Assembly: GCA_029006135.1 (NCBI GenBank)
Contig: JAQXGE010000082.1
Location: 4,333 to 68,332 of the forward strand
Origin: Oscillospiraceae bacterium
Lineage (GTDB): Bacteria; Bacillota; Clostridia; Oscillospirales; Ruminococcaceae
Reading direction: 5' to 3'
DNA length: 64,000 bases
Part shown: positions 55,296 through 64,000 of the stretch, in pieces
Position numbering within the stretch: the first letter of the stretch is position 1
How the letters are laid out: each line of letters starts with the position of its first letter
The notes under the pieces: model-generated
Told to the model about the DNA's origin: nothing
The model's database searches: none
What the model saw: only the letters and a program-made list of their open reading frames with translations
Made by a program: the position numbers and the translations under genes

Positions 55296-57506
55296 TCAGC
55301 TATGCGCGGCGATGGCAAGCTGGCCGAGGGAAAGCCCCTCGTCACCGGGGGAGACACGGCGGTGCGGATACACCGCAAAACCGGCCTCGGTGAGACGGGC
55401 GGTGATGCCATTCAGCAGCAGCTGATTGAAAAACACCCCGCCCGAGAGCACAACCCGGCAAAGCCCCGTCTGCTCCCGCGCGAGCACACAGCAGCGCAGC
55501 GCAAACTCAGTAAGCGTGTTGTGGAACCGCTTGGCACGAACCGCCGCAGGCGCGGGGTCAGCGAGCAGCGCGCGGATGAGCACACGCGTGTCCAGCCGCG
55601 GCAGGGAATCATCGTCCGTGAAGGTGACAGGGTAACAGCCTTCCTCCCCGGCCGCACGGTCTGCCAGCGCTTCGAGCGCGGCGGCCGCCTGCCCGTCATA
55701 GCTAACCGCGGCAGTGCCGGTGAGCAGGGAATAGACCCCGTCAAAGAGCCGGCCCATCCCTGAGGAGGCAGGACAGCTGATGTTTTGGCGCAGCATCGCG
55801 TCAAAAAGCGGATTCTCTTTGCGGACGCAGTCCGCATCCCGGCAAAGCGCATAGGCGATGCGGTCAATGTTTTGGATGGCCGCGTCACCGCCCAAGAGCT
55901 TTACAGAATGTATAGAAGTGATTCTATGATACGAAGTGTAATCACCGACCAGGCATTCCCCGCCCCAGATTGTCCCGTCATCCCCCAGCCCGGTGCCGTC
56001 CCAAATCAGGCCGATGCAGGCGCCTTCCAATCGCCGGTCCGCCATGCAGGCGGCCATGTGGGCGTGGTGGTGCTGAACCGCCAAAACGGCCCCGCCGCGC
56101 GATGCCGCATAGCGGGTGGAGAGGTAATCAGGGTGCAGATCACAGACAAAGCGCTGCGGCGTCACGCCGAACAGTGTTTCAAACCGCGCAATCTGGGTTT
56201 CGTAGTGGGTGAGGGTCTCGGCGTTCTTCAAGTCGCCGATGTGCTGGCTGCAAAAAGCCATTTTTTCACGCCCAAGCGTGAAACTTGCTTTCTGCTCTGC
56301 GCCGAGTGCCAGGATGCCGTCCGCCGGGAAATCCAGTGTGACGGGCTGCGGCACATATCCGCGGGAGCGGCGCACAAAGTAGGGCGCGCCGTTTGGCAGG
56401 ATGCGCAGCAGCGTGTCATCACAGCGGGCGGCAATGTCCCGGTCATTGAGCAGGAACCCGTCCGCAATGCCGTGCAATGCGCGCAGAGCTTCTGTGTTGT
56501 CAATGAGGGCAGGCAGCGATGACGGGTTAGCGCTCGTCATGATGAGCGGGGGCATCCCCTCGAGCAGCAGTTCATGAACGGGGGTGCAGGGCAGCATCAA
56601 GCCAAGTTCCGGCCCGGAACTCACAAACGGCAGTGCATCGGGGTCGAGTTTGCGCAGCAGCACAATGGGCCGCCGCGGGCTTTGCAGTGCGGCGGCTTCT
56701 GCTGAACTTATCCGGCAGAGCGCGCGGGCGGCGTTCACATCGGGTACCATAAGCGCCAGCGGCTTGTCCGGCCGGTGCTTGCGGCGGCGCAGTTCCGCCA
56801 CTGCGGCTTGACTCCCGGCAAGGCAGGCCAGATGGAACCCGCCTAATCCCTTGACGGCAAGAATCCCGCCGTCAAGCAGCAGCGCGCGGGCGGCGGCAAG
56901 GCCGTCACCGGGACATTCGGCGCCGTCTTTGTCAGCAAACCACAGCCGCGGCCCGCAGTCCGCACAGCAGTCCGGCTGGGCGTGGTAGCGCCGGGAGGCA
57001 ATGTCCCCATACTCCGCCGCACAGTCGGGACAGAGAGAAAAGGACGCCATTGTGGTGTTTTTTCGGTCATAGGGCACGGCGTTCAGAATTGTGAAGCGCG
57101 GCCCGCAGTCGGTACAGTTGATGAACGGGTAATGATAGCGCCGGTCGGCAGGGTCATGCAGCTCCGCCAAACAGGCGGGGCAGGGGGCCGTATCCGGCGT
57201 GATGAGGGTGCGCGGCACTCCGCCGGTGCTGGGCAGAATGACAAACTCCTTCTCCCCGCGGGCTGTTCCAAGCAAATCCGTGCGGACTTCGTCCACCAGC
57301 GCAAGCGGCGGCGCGTCCTTGTGCAGTGCCTGCACAAAGGCGTCCAGTTCCGCCGGTTCGCCTTCCAGTTCCAGCGCAACGCCGTCCGGCGTGTTGCGCG
57401 CCCATCCGGTCAGGCCGTGCGCCGCCGCCAGCCGGTGCAGAAAGGGGCGGAACCCCACGCCCTGCACCATGCCGGTCACCGTGACGGCCACCCGGCGGCG
57501 GGTCAT
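55296..57506 (-). CDS. hypF: Carbamoyltransferase HypF
   Basis: GMVQGVGFRP acylphosphatase domain, CxxC zinc fingers, KGLGGFHL, QHHHAH, DGTGLG. Confidence 0.95.
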   Translation of the reverse strand: MTRRRVAVTVTGMVQGVGFRPFLHRLAAAHGLTGWARNTPDGVALELEGEPAELDAFVQALHKDAPPLALVDEVRTDLLGTARGEKEFVILPSTGGVPRTLITPDTAPCPACLAELHDPADRRYHYPFINCTDCGPRFTILNAVPYDRKNTTMASFSLCPDCAAEYGDIASRRYHAQPDCCADCGPRLWFADKDGAECPGDGLAAARALLLDGGILAVKGLGGFHLACLAGSQAAVAELRRRKHRPDKPLALMVPDVNAARALCRISSAEAAALQSPRRPIVLLRKLDPDALPFVSSGPELGLMLPCTPVHELLLEGMPPLIMTSANPSSLPALIDNTEALRALHGIADGFLLNDRDIAARCDDTLLRILPNGAPYFVRRSRGYVPQPVTLDFPADGILALGAEQKASFTLGREKMAFCSQHIGDLKNAETLTHYETQIARFETLFGVTPQRFVCDLHPDYLSTRYAASRGGAVLAVQHHHAHMAACMADRRLEGACIGLIWDGTGLGDDGTIWGGECLVGDYTSYHRITSIHSVKLLGGDAAIQNIDRIAYALCRDADCVRKENPLFDAMLRQNISCPASSGMGRLFDGVYSLLTGTAAVSYDGQAAAALEALADRAAGEEGCYPVTFTDDDSLPRLDTRVLIRALLADPAPAAVRAKRFHNTLTEFALRCCVLAREQTGLCRVVLSGGVFFNQLLLNGITARLTEAGFAVYPHRRVSPGDEGLSLGQLAIAAHS

Positions 57507-57997
57507 TCCCCGGCCTTCTCGGCCGCAGCTTTTTCGGCGGCCGCCTTCTTCTTAGCCTCGGCGGCGGCCTTCATGGCGGCCAGCTGCTCGGGGGTGAACT
57601 TGGGCTTGGGCGGGGCTTTCTTGATGAAGGTGCCCGAAACGAGGAAATCCTCGTGGCAGGTGCCGGTCATCATGTAATCGTCAGTCAGCGTGATGCACTT
57701 GCGGGAGCAGAAATCCGCGCACAGACCGCAGAACGTGCAGCTCGTCATATCAAAGGTGAAGGTGATCTGCATATCGCCCGGTTCGCCGCCCGGAGCGGGA
57801 ACCTGCGTGCGGGTCATGCAGTGGGGGGCGCAGACGCGCTCACACATACCGCAGTTGATGCACTTGGAGGCATCGTAGGCGATGCGGCCGCGGTAGCCCG
57901 GCTGGGCCTTGGGCGGGTCCCCGGCGGGGAAGGCTTCGGTCACCGGCTTTTTGAACAGGTTGCTCAGTGCGGTGCCAAGGTAAGGCAGTGTCGGCAT
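57503..57997 (-). CDS. 2x[4Fe-4S] hydrogenase subunit (NuoI/EchF/MbhN-like)
   Basis: CINCGMCERVC and CTFCGLCADFC motifs. Confidence 0.88.
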   Translation of the reverse strand: MPTLPYLGTALSNLFKKPVTEAFPAGDPPKAQPGYRGRIAYDASKCINCGMCERVCAPHCMTRTQVPAPGGEPGDMQITFTFDMTSCTFCGLCADFCSRKCITLTDDYMMTGTCHEDFLVSGTFIKKAPPKPKFTPEQLAAMKAAAEAKKKAAAEKAAAEKAGE

Positions 57998-58449
57998 TAC
58001 TTGTGCATCTCCTTCCGCTTTTCTTTGAGGATTTCGGCCGCCTGCGCGATGCCGGCCATGATGGCTTCCGGTTTGGGCGTGCAGCCCGCAACCGAAACGT
58101 CCACATGGCAGTATTTTTCCAGCGGGCCGCAGATGGCATAACTGCCCTTGAAAACGTTGCCGCTGCACGGGCAGGAACCGACCGAGACCACACAGTACGG
58201 TTCCGGCACCTGTGCCAGCGTGCGGATCAGCCGGTCACGGCTCTGCAGCGTGACGGGGCCGGACACCAGCACAATATCCGCCTGACGGGGGGAACCGCAG
58301 AGCTTGCAGCCCAGCCGCTCGGCGTCGTAGCGCGGCGTCAGGGCGGCGACAATTTCAATGTCGCACCCATTGCAGCTTCCTGCGTTGATGTGATACAGCC
58401 ACAGGCTCTTGCTCATGGCGTTGTCAATGGCATTTTGAATGAAAGACAT
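57997..58449 (-). CDS. Group 4 [NiFe]-hydrogenase small subunit (NuoB/EchC/MbhJ-like)
   Basis: GSCNGCDIE, SPRQAD, GSC, GCTPKPE. Confidence 0.9.
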   Translation of the reverse strand: MSFIQNAIDNAMSKSLWLYHINAGSCNGCDIEIVAALTPRYDAERLGCKLCGSPRQADIVLVSGPVTLQSRDRLIRTLAQVPEPYCVVSVGSCPCSGNVFKGSYAICGPLEKYCHVDVSVAGCTPKPEAIMAGIAQAAEILKEKRKEMHK

Positions 58450-58462
58450 GGCAGCTCCTCCC

Positions 58463-59422
58463 TTACACGCCGCACCAGACCAGAATCAGGCTGACGGCGG
58501 CGAGCGCCGTGACGGTCGTCCAGTAGAAACGGAAAATCTGCTCCACCTTGAACCGCGCCGTGATGGCGTGGGGCAAACTCATCGAGACAAAGCAGACCAG
58601 CGTACAGAGAACGAGGTGAATCACAACGTCCGCAAGCAGGAACCCGGTCTCGATATGCAGGAACATGGCGCAGAAAAGACTCGACATGACGTACATTTTG
58701 ATGACGTGCATCATCTTGAACTGACCCAAGGGGCGGCCGGAATACTCGGCCAGAACGCCCTCGCAGATTTCGGTCTCTGCCTCGTCAATGTCAAAAGGCT
58801 GCTGACCGACCTCACAGGGGATGATGAAAAGCATCGCGATGGCGGCGGGCAGCAAAGACCAGCGGAAAATCATCGGTCCGTTGGCGCTCTGCCAGGCGCA
58901 CAGGTCAGCAAGCGAGAAGGTGACGCCCGCAAGGCAGAAACCATCCCCCGCAGCGCGGCCCACGGCCAGCATGACCAGCACAAAGGGCAGCTCATAGCTG
59001 ATCATGGCGACCATCTCACGCGAGAGGCCGACCCCGGCAAAGGGGGAGCCGGACGCCGCCGAGCCGATGATGAGCATAACGCTCGCAAAGGTCAGAAGAT
59101 ACAAGATGACCACAAGGTCAGCGGAGCCGGAAAAAATCGACACGCCGCCCACCGGGATGAGCATTGCCGTCACAAAGATGCTGGCAAGACCCAGCGCCGG
59201 CGCGGCCAGAAAGACCGTGCGGTTGGCCTTGCGGGGAATAATCGTCTCCTTGCCGCAGCACTTGAGGTAGTCATACCAGGGCTGGAGCAGCGGGGGACCA
59301 ACGCGGCGCTGCATCCGTGCGACCAGTTTGCGGTCAAGACCCGCCAGCCAGAGCGCCGCCAGCAGCGTAAAGAGCAGGCCGGGGAAAATCAGAACTTTGC
59401 CAAGAATGGTTAAGACAGACAT
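58463..59422 (-). CDS. NuoH/EchB/MbhM-like membrane subunit
   Basis: DRKLVARMQRRVGPP, PFDIDEAETEI..G...EYSG. Confidence 0.9.
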   Translation of the reverse strand: MSVLTILGKVLIFPGLLFTLLAALWLAGLDRKLVARMQRRVGPPLLQPWYDYLKCCGKETIIPRKANRTVFLAAPALGLASIFVTAMLIPVGGVSIFSGSADLVVILYLLTFASVMLIIGSAASGSPFAGVGLSREMVAMISYELPFVLVMLAVGRAAGDGFCLAGVTFSLADLCAWQSANGPMIFRWSLLPAAIAMLFIIPCEVGQQPFDIDEAETEICEGVLAEYSGRPLGQFKMMHVIKMYVMSSLFCAMFLHIETGFLLADVVIHLVLCTLVCFVSMSLPHAITARFKVEQIFRFYWTTVTALAAVSLILVWCGV

Positions 59423-59436
59423 ACTTTCCCCTCCTC

Positions 59437-61347
59437 TCACAGAAATACCGCGCAGTAGCACAGCACGGCGGCCAGGCACAGCACGCCGTACAGCGCATAG
59501 TCATTGACGATGCCGCTGTGCCAGTCATGCCAGAACGAAAAATACTTTTTGAGGTTTTCCTTGAAGCCCCAGAACAGATCCGAGCCGCCGACCTGGGAAT
59601 AATGGCTCTCCTCACCGGAGAAGAACGGCTCATACTTGGCGTTCTCGGGCAGGACCTGCTCATCCTCAACGTCAGGCTCGGCAAGCGGTTCCGGCTCGCT
59701 GCGGCGGCCGCTGACCGCCACAATCGTCATGGCACAGCAGACAAGAACGAGCAGAAGCAGCCAGACAATGGGCTGCCATGCGCCGATGAGGGTGTACTCG
59801 GCCGCACCGGCTGCTGCCGTGCTGCCGCCGAGCATCTGCGCGGCGTAGGCTTCGGCGTTCAGCGCCGCACCGGCGGCGGGGCGCAGGAACCAGTTGCCGA
59901 ACTGCTCGGGGAACAGGCCAAGCACAACACAGAAAATTGCCAGAATCCACATGGGCAGGCGCATCGCGGCGGGACATTCCTTCACATCGGCGTACTTGGC
60001 GCGGCGCTGACCGAAGAACACACTCTGCGTAACCTTGATAAAGGAGGCGAGCGTCAGCACCGAGGTCAGCAGTGCGACCACGCAGGCCAGAATATAGAAG
60101 AAGTTGCCCGTGGAGCCGGCTTTTTCAAACAGAGCCTGATAAATCATCCATTTGCTGGCAAAGCCGTTGAAGGGCGGCAGGCCGCTGATGGACGCGGCAC
60201 CAATCAGGAAAAGCGCGGTGGTGCGCGGCATATTCTTGGAGAGTCCGCCCAAATCATCGAGGTCAAGGCTGCCCGTCTCATGCTGGACGGCACCGGCGAC
60301 AAGGAAGAGAAGGCCCTTGAACAGCGTGTGGTTGATGGCGTGGTACAGCCCGGCGCTCAGTCCGAGCGGGGTGCCAAGACCCACGGCGGTGATGACATAG
60401 CCCACCTGAGAGATGGAATGGAACGCGAGCAGACGCTTGAAGTTGTGCTGGTTGAAGGCCATCGTCACGCAGATGAACATCGTGACCATGCCAAAACCGG
60501 TGACAAGGTAGCTCACCGTGGACTCACTGATATTCTGGAACAAATCATAGGTCAGGCGGATGATACCGTAGACGCCGCACTTGGTCAGAACGCCGGAAAT
60601 CATCAGCGAGATGGAAGCGGGCGCCACGGCGTGGGCATCCGCCGCCAGGGGCTGGAACGGGAACAGGAACGCCTTGGTGGCAAAGCCGACAAAGAGGAAC
60701 GCAAAGGCCGTCACCATGGTGGCGTTCATGTGCGAGGGAGCGAGCTGGGCGATCTGCGCCATGTTCAGCGTGTGCAGGTTGGCGTAGACGAGAATCGTGC
60801 CGACCAGCAGGCTCGTCGAACCGATGGAGCCGACAACGAGGTACTTGAATGCACCCTCGAGTGCGCCGTCATAGTCATTGCGGAACGCGGTCAGCGCTAC
60901 GGCGGAGAAGGTCATAATCTCCACCATGACATAGACGTTGAACAAATCGCCGGACAGCACAAGGCCCAGCACGGCTCCGGACAGCATGAGGAACAGCGTG
61001 TAGAAGTTGACCTGGCTGTCATCCCGTGCCATATAAGTAAAGCTGTAAACGCCCGAGACCATCACGGCAATCGTGACAATCAGGCCGAAGAACAGGCTCA
61101 GCGCATCCACCTCAAGGCCGATGCCGTAGGCCCAGCCCGCATCGGGCGCCCAGCCGCCCATCCAGTAGCAGATGGTGCGTCCCTCAAAGAATACGGGACG
61201 GATCAGGGCAAGCATCATGCCCAGTGCAAGAGCCATTGCGATAAACACAACGGTGTTGCCCACTTTGCGGCTGCGCCGGCCCAGCAGGCTGTTCAGAAAT
61301 GCCCCCATGAACAGGGTCATGATGGCAAGAATCGGTAAATTTTCCAT
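59437..61347 (-). CDS. MrpD/MbhH-like antiporter subunit with MbhI-like C-terminal extension
   Basis: DLFNVYV..E, KRLLAFHSISQVG, GLPPFNGFASKW; tail PFFSGEE..LFWGF..HSGIVNDY. Confidence 0.85.
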   Translation of the reverse strand: MENLPILAIMTLFMGAFLNSLLGRRSRKVGNTVVFIAMALALGMMLALIRPVFFEGRTICYWMGGWAPDAGWAYGIGLEVDALSLFFGLIVTIAVMVSGVYSFTYMARDDSQVNFYTLFLMLSGAVLGLVLSGDLFNVYVMVEIMTFSAVALTAFRNDYDGALEGAFKYLVVGSIGSTSLLVGTILVYANLHTLNMAQIAQLAPSHMNATMVTAFAFLFVGFATKAFLFPFQPLAADAHAVAPASISLMISGVLTKCGVYGIIRLTYDLFQNISESTVSYLVTGFGMVTMFICVTMAFNQHNFKRLLAFHSISQVGYVITAVGLGTPLGLSAGLYHAINHTLFKGLLFLVAGAVQHETGSLDLDDLGGLSKNMPRTTALFLIGAASISGLPPFNGFASKWMIYQALFEKAGSTGNFFYILACVVALLTSVLTLASFIKVTQSVFFGQRRAKYADVKECPAAMRLPMWILAIFCVVLGLFPEQFGNWFLRPAAGAALNAEAYAAQMLGGSTAAAGAAEYTLIGAWQPIVWLLLLVLVCCAMTIVAVSGRRSEPEPLAEPDVEDEQVLPENAKYEPFFSGEESHYSQVGGSDLFWGFKENLKKYFSFWHDWHSGIVNDYALYGVLCLAAVLCYCAVFL

Positions 61348-61694
61348 CAGCCGTGCAACCTCCTGATCTCGCGGGTGTCCAGTGTGCCGTAGCGCTCATA
61401 GAGCTTGATGACCAGCGAGAGAGCCATGGCGGTGATGCACGCACCAATCACGATGCTGGTCAGGGTGAGCGCCATGGGGATGGGGTCCACGAACACCGTG
61501 CCGGGATGAATCTCGCCGGGGGTGTAGATGGGCGCGGTTCCGCCGTTGGTGGCGCCGATGGAGACGATGAGCAGATTGGTGCCGTAGTCCACCACCGACA
61601 TACCGATGACAATCTTGAAAAGGTTATGCCGGGTAATCATGCAGTAAAAGCCCAGCACGATGAAAAAGAACGCTGCGATGTAGTTAAAAGTCAT
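61347..61694 (-). CDS. MrpC/MbhG-like subunit
   Basis: VDPIPMALTLTSIVIG, YGTLD. Confidence 0.88.
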   Translation of the reverse strand: MTFNYIAAFFFIVLGFYCMITRHNLFKIVIGMSVVDYGTNLLIVSIGATNGGTAPIYTPGEIHPGTVFVDPIPMALTLTSIVIGACITAMALSLVIKLYERYGTLDTREIRRLHG

Positions 61695-62206
61695 TGCTGG
61701 TCCTCCTCTTCCTCGTCGCTCTCCGAGGTGGAGAGCATACCCAGCATCATGATGAGAAGGCATCCGATGCCCGCCATGACGTGATAGCCGACAGCGTTGT
61801 TCATCAGGATGGTCGTCTCGATATGGAACGTGTCAATGACAAAGTTCCAGGCAAAATCCAGCCCCACGATTACGCCGATCAGGCCGATGGCAATATACAT
61901 CAGCTCGGCGACCGTCTCGGAACTGTGGAGAAAACTGGTCTTGAAAGTGGTGGACAGCTTCTGAGAGCCATACCCCAAAAAGACGAGCAGGACTGCCGAG
62001 GCAATCAGCACGCCGCCCTGGAAGCCGCCGCCCGGCGAGGAATCGCCGTGCAGGACAACATAGCCGCCGAACGTGCAGGCCAAGGGCAGGAAAAGGTTGG
62101 CGCCGTAGCGCACGATGATGCCGAGCGCCTTCTTTTTGGGGCGGGCGGGGGTTTCGGCAGCGGACGTTTCAGTGGAAATCACTTCGGGTTGATTCTGTTC
62201 AGCCAT
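61691..62206 (-). CDS. MrpB/MbhF-like subunit
   Basis: HGDSSPGGGFQGG. Confidence 0.88.
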   Translation of the reverse strand: MAEQNQPEVISTETSAAETPARPKKKALGIIVRYGANLFLPLACTFGGYVVLHGDSSPGGGFQGGVLIASAVLLVFLGYGSQKLSTTFKTSFLHSSETVAELMYIAIGLIGVIVGLDFAWNFVIDTFHIETTILMNNAVGYHVMAGIGCLLIMMLGMLSTSESDEEEEDQQ

Positions 62207-62627
62207 GGTTTTCCTCCTGTTCCGCGGGTACTTTCTCCGCTTTGCGGTGTTTGGGGCGGCGCAGGATGCACAGGCTGCCCGAGAGCGCGGCAATCAGGAT
62301 GAAACTTTCACCCATCGTGTCATAGCCGCGGAAGTTGAACACGACCGAGAAGCAGACGTTTTTGGCGGATGTCTCGGCAAGATTGCGCGAGACAATGACG
62401 TGAGCCGCGCCGTCCGCGTTGGAGAGGTCGTAGGCATTGGGGTCTTGCTCGAGAGCGGCCACGTCCACATTGCCCGCAAAGGTCGGGGGCAGTTCGGCCA
62501 GCTGCACGGCGCAGAGAATGCCCATGAGCAGCACGACAGCCAGCGCCAGAATGGTCAGGCGGTAGTGGGTGGTGTGATGGTTTTCGGTACGGTCAAGCAG
62601 TGTATCCGGCTCGGTGTAGCTGAGCAT
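62199..62627 (-). CDS. MbhE-like subunit
   Basis: N.V..VVFNFRGYDTMGE motif. Confidence 0.85.
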   Translation of the reverse strand: MLSYTEPDTLLDRTENHHTTHYRLTILALAVVLLMGILCAVQLAELPPTFAGNVDVAALEQDPNAYDLSNADGAAHVIVSRNLAETSAKNVCFSVVFNFRGYDTMGESFILIAALSGSLCILRRPKHRKAEKVPAEQEENHG

Positions 62628-62887
62628 TATTTTTCGTCCCCCTTCCCGATGACTTTGCGCAGGGCGATGATGTAGAGCACGGTGCCCAGCACCGCGCCGA
62701 CGGCGGCCTCCGCGATGGCAACATCGGGCGCCTGAAGCAGCAGAAATTCCACAGCCATAAAGCTGCCCGCGGCCGCAAGGCCGATGATGGAATCCAGAAT
62801 ACGGTTGGCCTGCACCGCAACAAAGGCGGCGGCCATAGCGCCGATGAGCACCAGAACATTCAGAACCGAAACAAGATCAATCTGCAT
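62627..62887 (-). CDS. MbhD/DUF4040-like subunit
   Basis: LQAPDVAIAEAAVG. Confidence 0.88.
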   Translation of the reverse strand: MQIDLVSVLNVLVLIGAMAAAFVAVQANRILDSIIGLAAAGSFMAVEFLLLQAPDVAIAEAAVGAVLGTVLYIIALRKVIGKGDEK

Positions 62888-63239
62888 CGAAACCGTCCTC
62901 CTTGTAATCATCCTTCACAAAGCCTTCGCCGTGGGGGCGGTGGCCGCGCTTGTATGTGCCTTTGGTCAGTGCGTGCGCCGAGACTGCGCTCGACACCATA
63001 ATCATGACGCCGATGAGCAGCAGCTTGACAAAGACGATGGCCTCAAGCCCTTCCACGGCGGCAAAAATCAGACCGGCAATCACGGCGCCGATGGTGCCGA
63101 GCGTTGTGATGCAGGTGGAAGCCTGCGCGCGGGAGAAAAATTCCGGCAGCGTGAGGATGCCAATGACCCCCACCGCGGCGAAGAAGATGCCGCCGAGCAG
63201 GCAGACGGCGGTCAATGCGACCCAGAGATTTTCCATCAC
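62877..63239 (-). CDS. MrpG/MbhC-like subunit
   Basis: G...LPEFFSRAQAST...TLG; SAHAL. Confidence 0.85.
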   Translation of the reverse strand: MMENLWVALTAVCLLGGIFFAAVGVIGILTLPEFFSRAQASTCITTLGTIGAVIAGLIFAAVEGLEAIVFVKLLLIGVMIMVSSAVSAHALTKGTYKRGHRPHGEGFVKDDYKEDGFDAD

Positions 63240-63493
63240 AGTCTCCTTTCAAGGTACCGCGCCACGAAGGTGGTGCTGATAAAGCCCAGCAGTGCCGTCA
63301 CGATGGCAATGTCCAAAAAGATGGCGCGCTCGCTGTACAGCGAGTAGAACACCAGCATCAGGCAGGCAAGCGTGTCAATCATATCCACCGCAAGGCACCG
63401 GTCGGCGGCGGTGGGGCCTTTCAAAAACCGGATAAAGAGCAGGATTGCCAGCACCGCATAGGCGATGGCACCAATGACAATAAGTGTTTTCAT
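63236..63493 (-). CDS. MrpF/MbhB-like subunit
   Basis: KGPTAADRCLAVD; FISTTFVARYLE. Confidence 0.88.
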   Translation of the reverse strand: MKTLIVIGAIAYAVLAILLFIRFLKGPTAADRCLAVDMIDTLACLMLVFYSLYSERAIFLDIAIVTALLGFISTTFVARYLERRL

Positions 63494-64000
63494 CCCCAAA
63501 TCCTCCTGAGCCATTTTTCCATTCGGCCTTTAATCATCTCTCCGGCCACTTCGGGGTCGGACGATTCCATGTTCATCCACTGCACATACATACTGATTTC
63601 GCCGTCCTCATCAATGACATCCATCGTGATGGTGCCGGGGGTCAGCGTGATGCAGTCGGCCAGCATGGCCAGACCGTAGTAGTTTTTGATTCCGGTGACC
63701 GGAATCTTGACGATGGCCTGATGGAAAGGCCGGCGCAGAAGCACCGTCTTGGCCATTGCCCAGTTGGAGCGGAACAGCTCCCCGGTGAAAATGACCACGA
63801 AGAAAACCACCAGGTAGATAATGCGCAGCGGGTTGAAGAAGCGGAACGCATCCTCCTCGTTCTGGACAAAGAAGCTCGAGGAGAACAGCGCCGTGAGCAG
63901 GCAGACCACAACGCCCATCAGCAGTTCAGTGGGCTCGAGCGACAAAGTCAGCAGCAGCCAGAAAATGTAGCAGGGGATAAAGGTCACCACGATGGAGCGC
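63490..64000 (-). CDS. MrpE/MbhA-like subunit (start probably just beyond the window edge)
   Basis: LADCITLTPGTIT motif; frame open to the edge. Confidence 0.85.
   Translation of the reverse strand, partial: RSIVVTFIPCYIFWLLLTLSLEPTELLMGVVVCLLTALFSSSFFVQNEEDAFRFFNPLRIIYLVVFFVVIFTGELFRSNWAMAKTVLLRRPFHQAIVKIPVTGIKNYYGLAMLADCITLTPGTITMDVIDEDGEISMYVQWMNMESSDPEVAGEMIKGRMEKWLRRIWG

Noticed and set aside
11727-55411. Short similar ORFs in repeat loci (MKIRPKDCPVVVFG.., ..RDFSGYSFGHKRVPP..)
   Set aside because: They are translations of the non-coding repeat. Frames and lengths differ between copies, and substitutions conserve base pairing rather than amino acids.
57503-57600. Ala/Lys-rich low-complexity tails and linkers (also 19780-19850, 23300-23395)
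   Set aside because: Ordinary flexible protein linkers or tails.
981-61338. Many long antisense or alternative-frame ORFs (e.g. 3165-4943, 7603-9678, 19304-21073, 22835-24817, 36370-38619, 44441-46315, 59518-61338)
   Set aside because: They shadow well-supported genes on the opposite strand, as expected from GC-rich codon bias, and have no RBS or family motifs.

Overview
GC-rich chromosomal segment from an anaerobic Firmicute. Gene content suggests a gut Clostridia/Oscillospiraceae-like organism (inference). In order: (1) uronic-acid glycan utilisation locus (ABC permeases, GH88, GH2 beta-glucuronidase, DUF2264/GH154-like, GH2 beta-galactosidase); (2) class 3 fbp, a chromate-transporter pair, a flippase, a YgjP-like protein, an Fe-S aldo/keto reductase and tRNA-Arg(CCG); (3) RAT-controlled antiterminator plus PTS IICBA, divergent from a maltodextrin ABC/LacI/malQ operon; (4) trxB and a selenium/molybdenum-cofactor cluster (cysteine desulfurase, moeA-like, moaC, xdhC, mocA, yedE, yedF, DUF3343, selD, yqeB, yqeC, modABC, MOSC-MogA, moaA); (5) MacB-type ABC system, csoR-copA; (6) Mrp-linked Mbh-type [NiFe]-hydrogenase operon with hypFCDE, running off the right edge. 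The most striking unexplained signal is non-coding. Eight intergenic loci carry a ~370-bp multi-hairpin repeat. Its stems show many compensatory base changes between copies, it occurs as head-to-tail concatemers with different start points, and it accepts exchangeable inserted modules. No transposase is encoded in the window.
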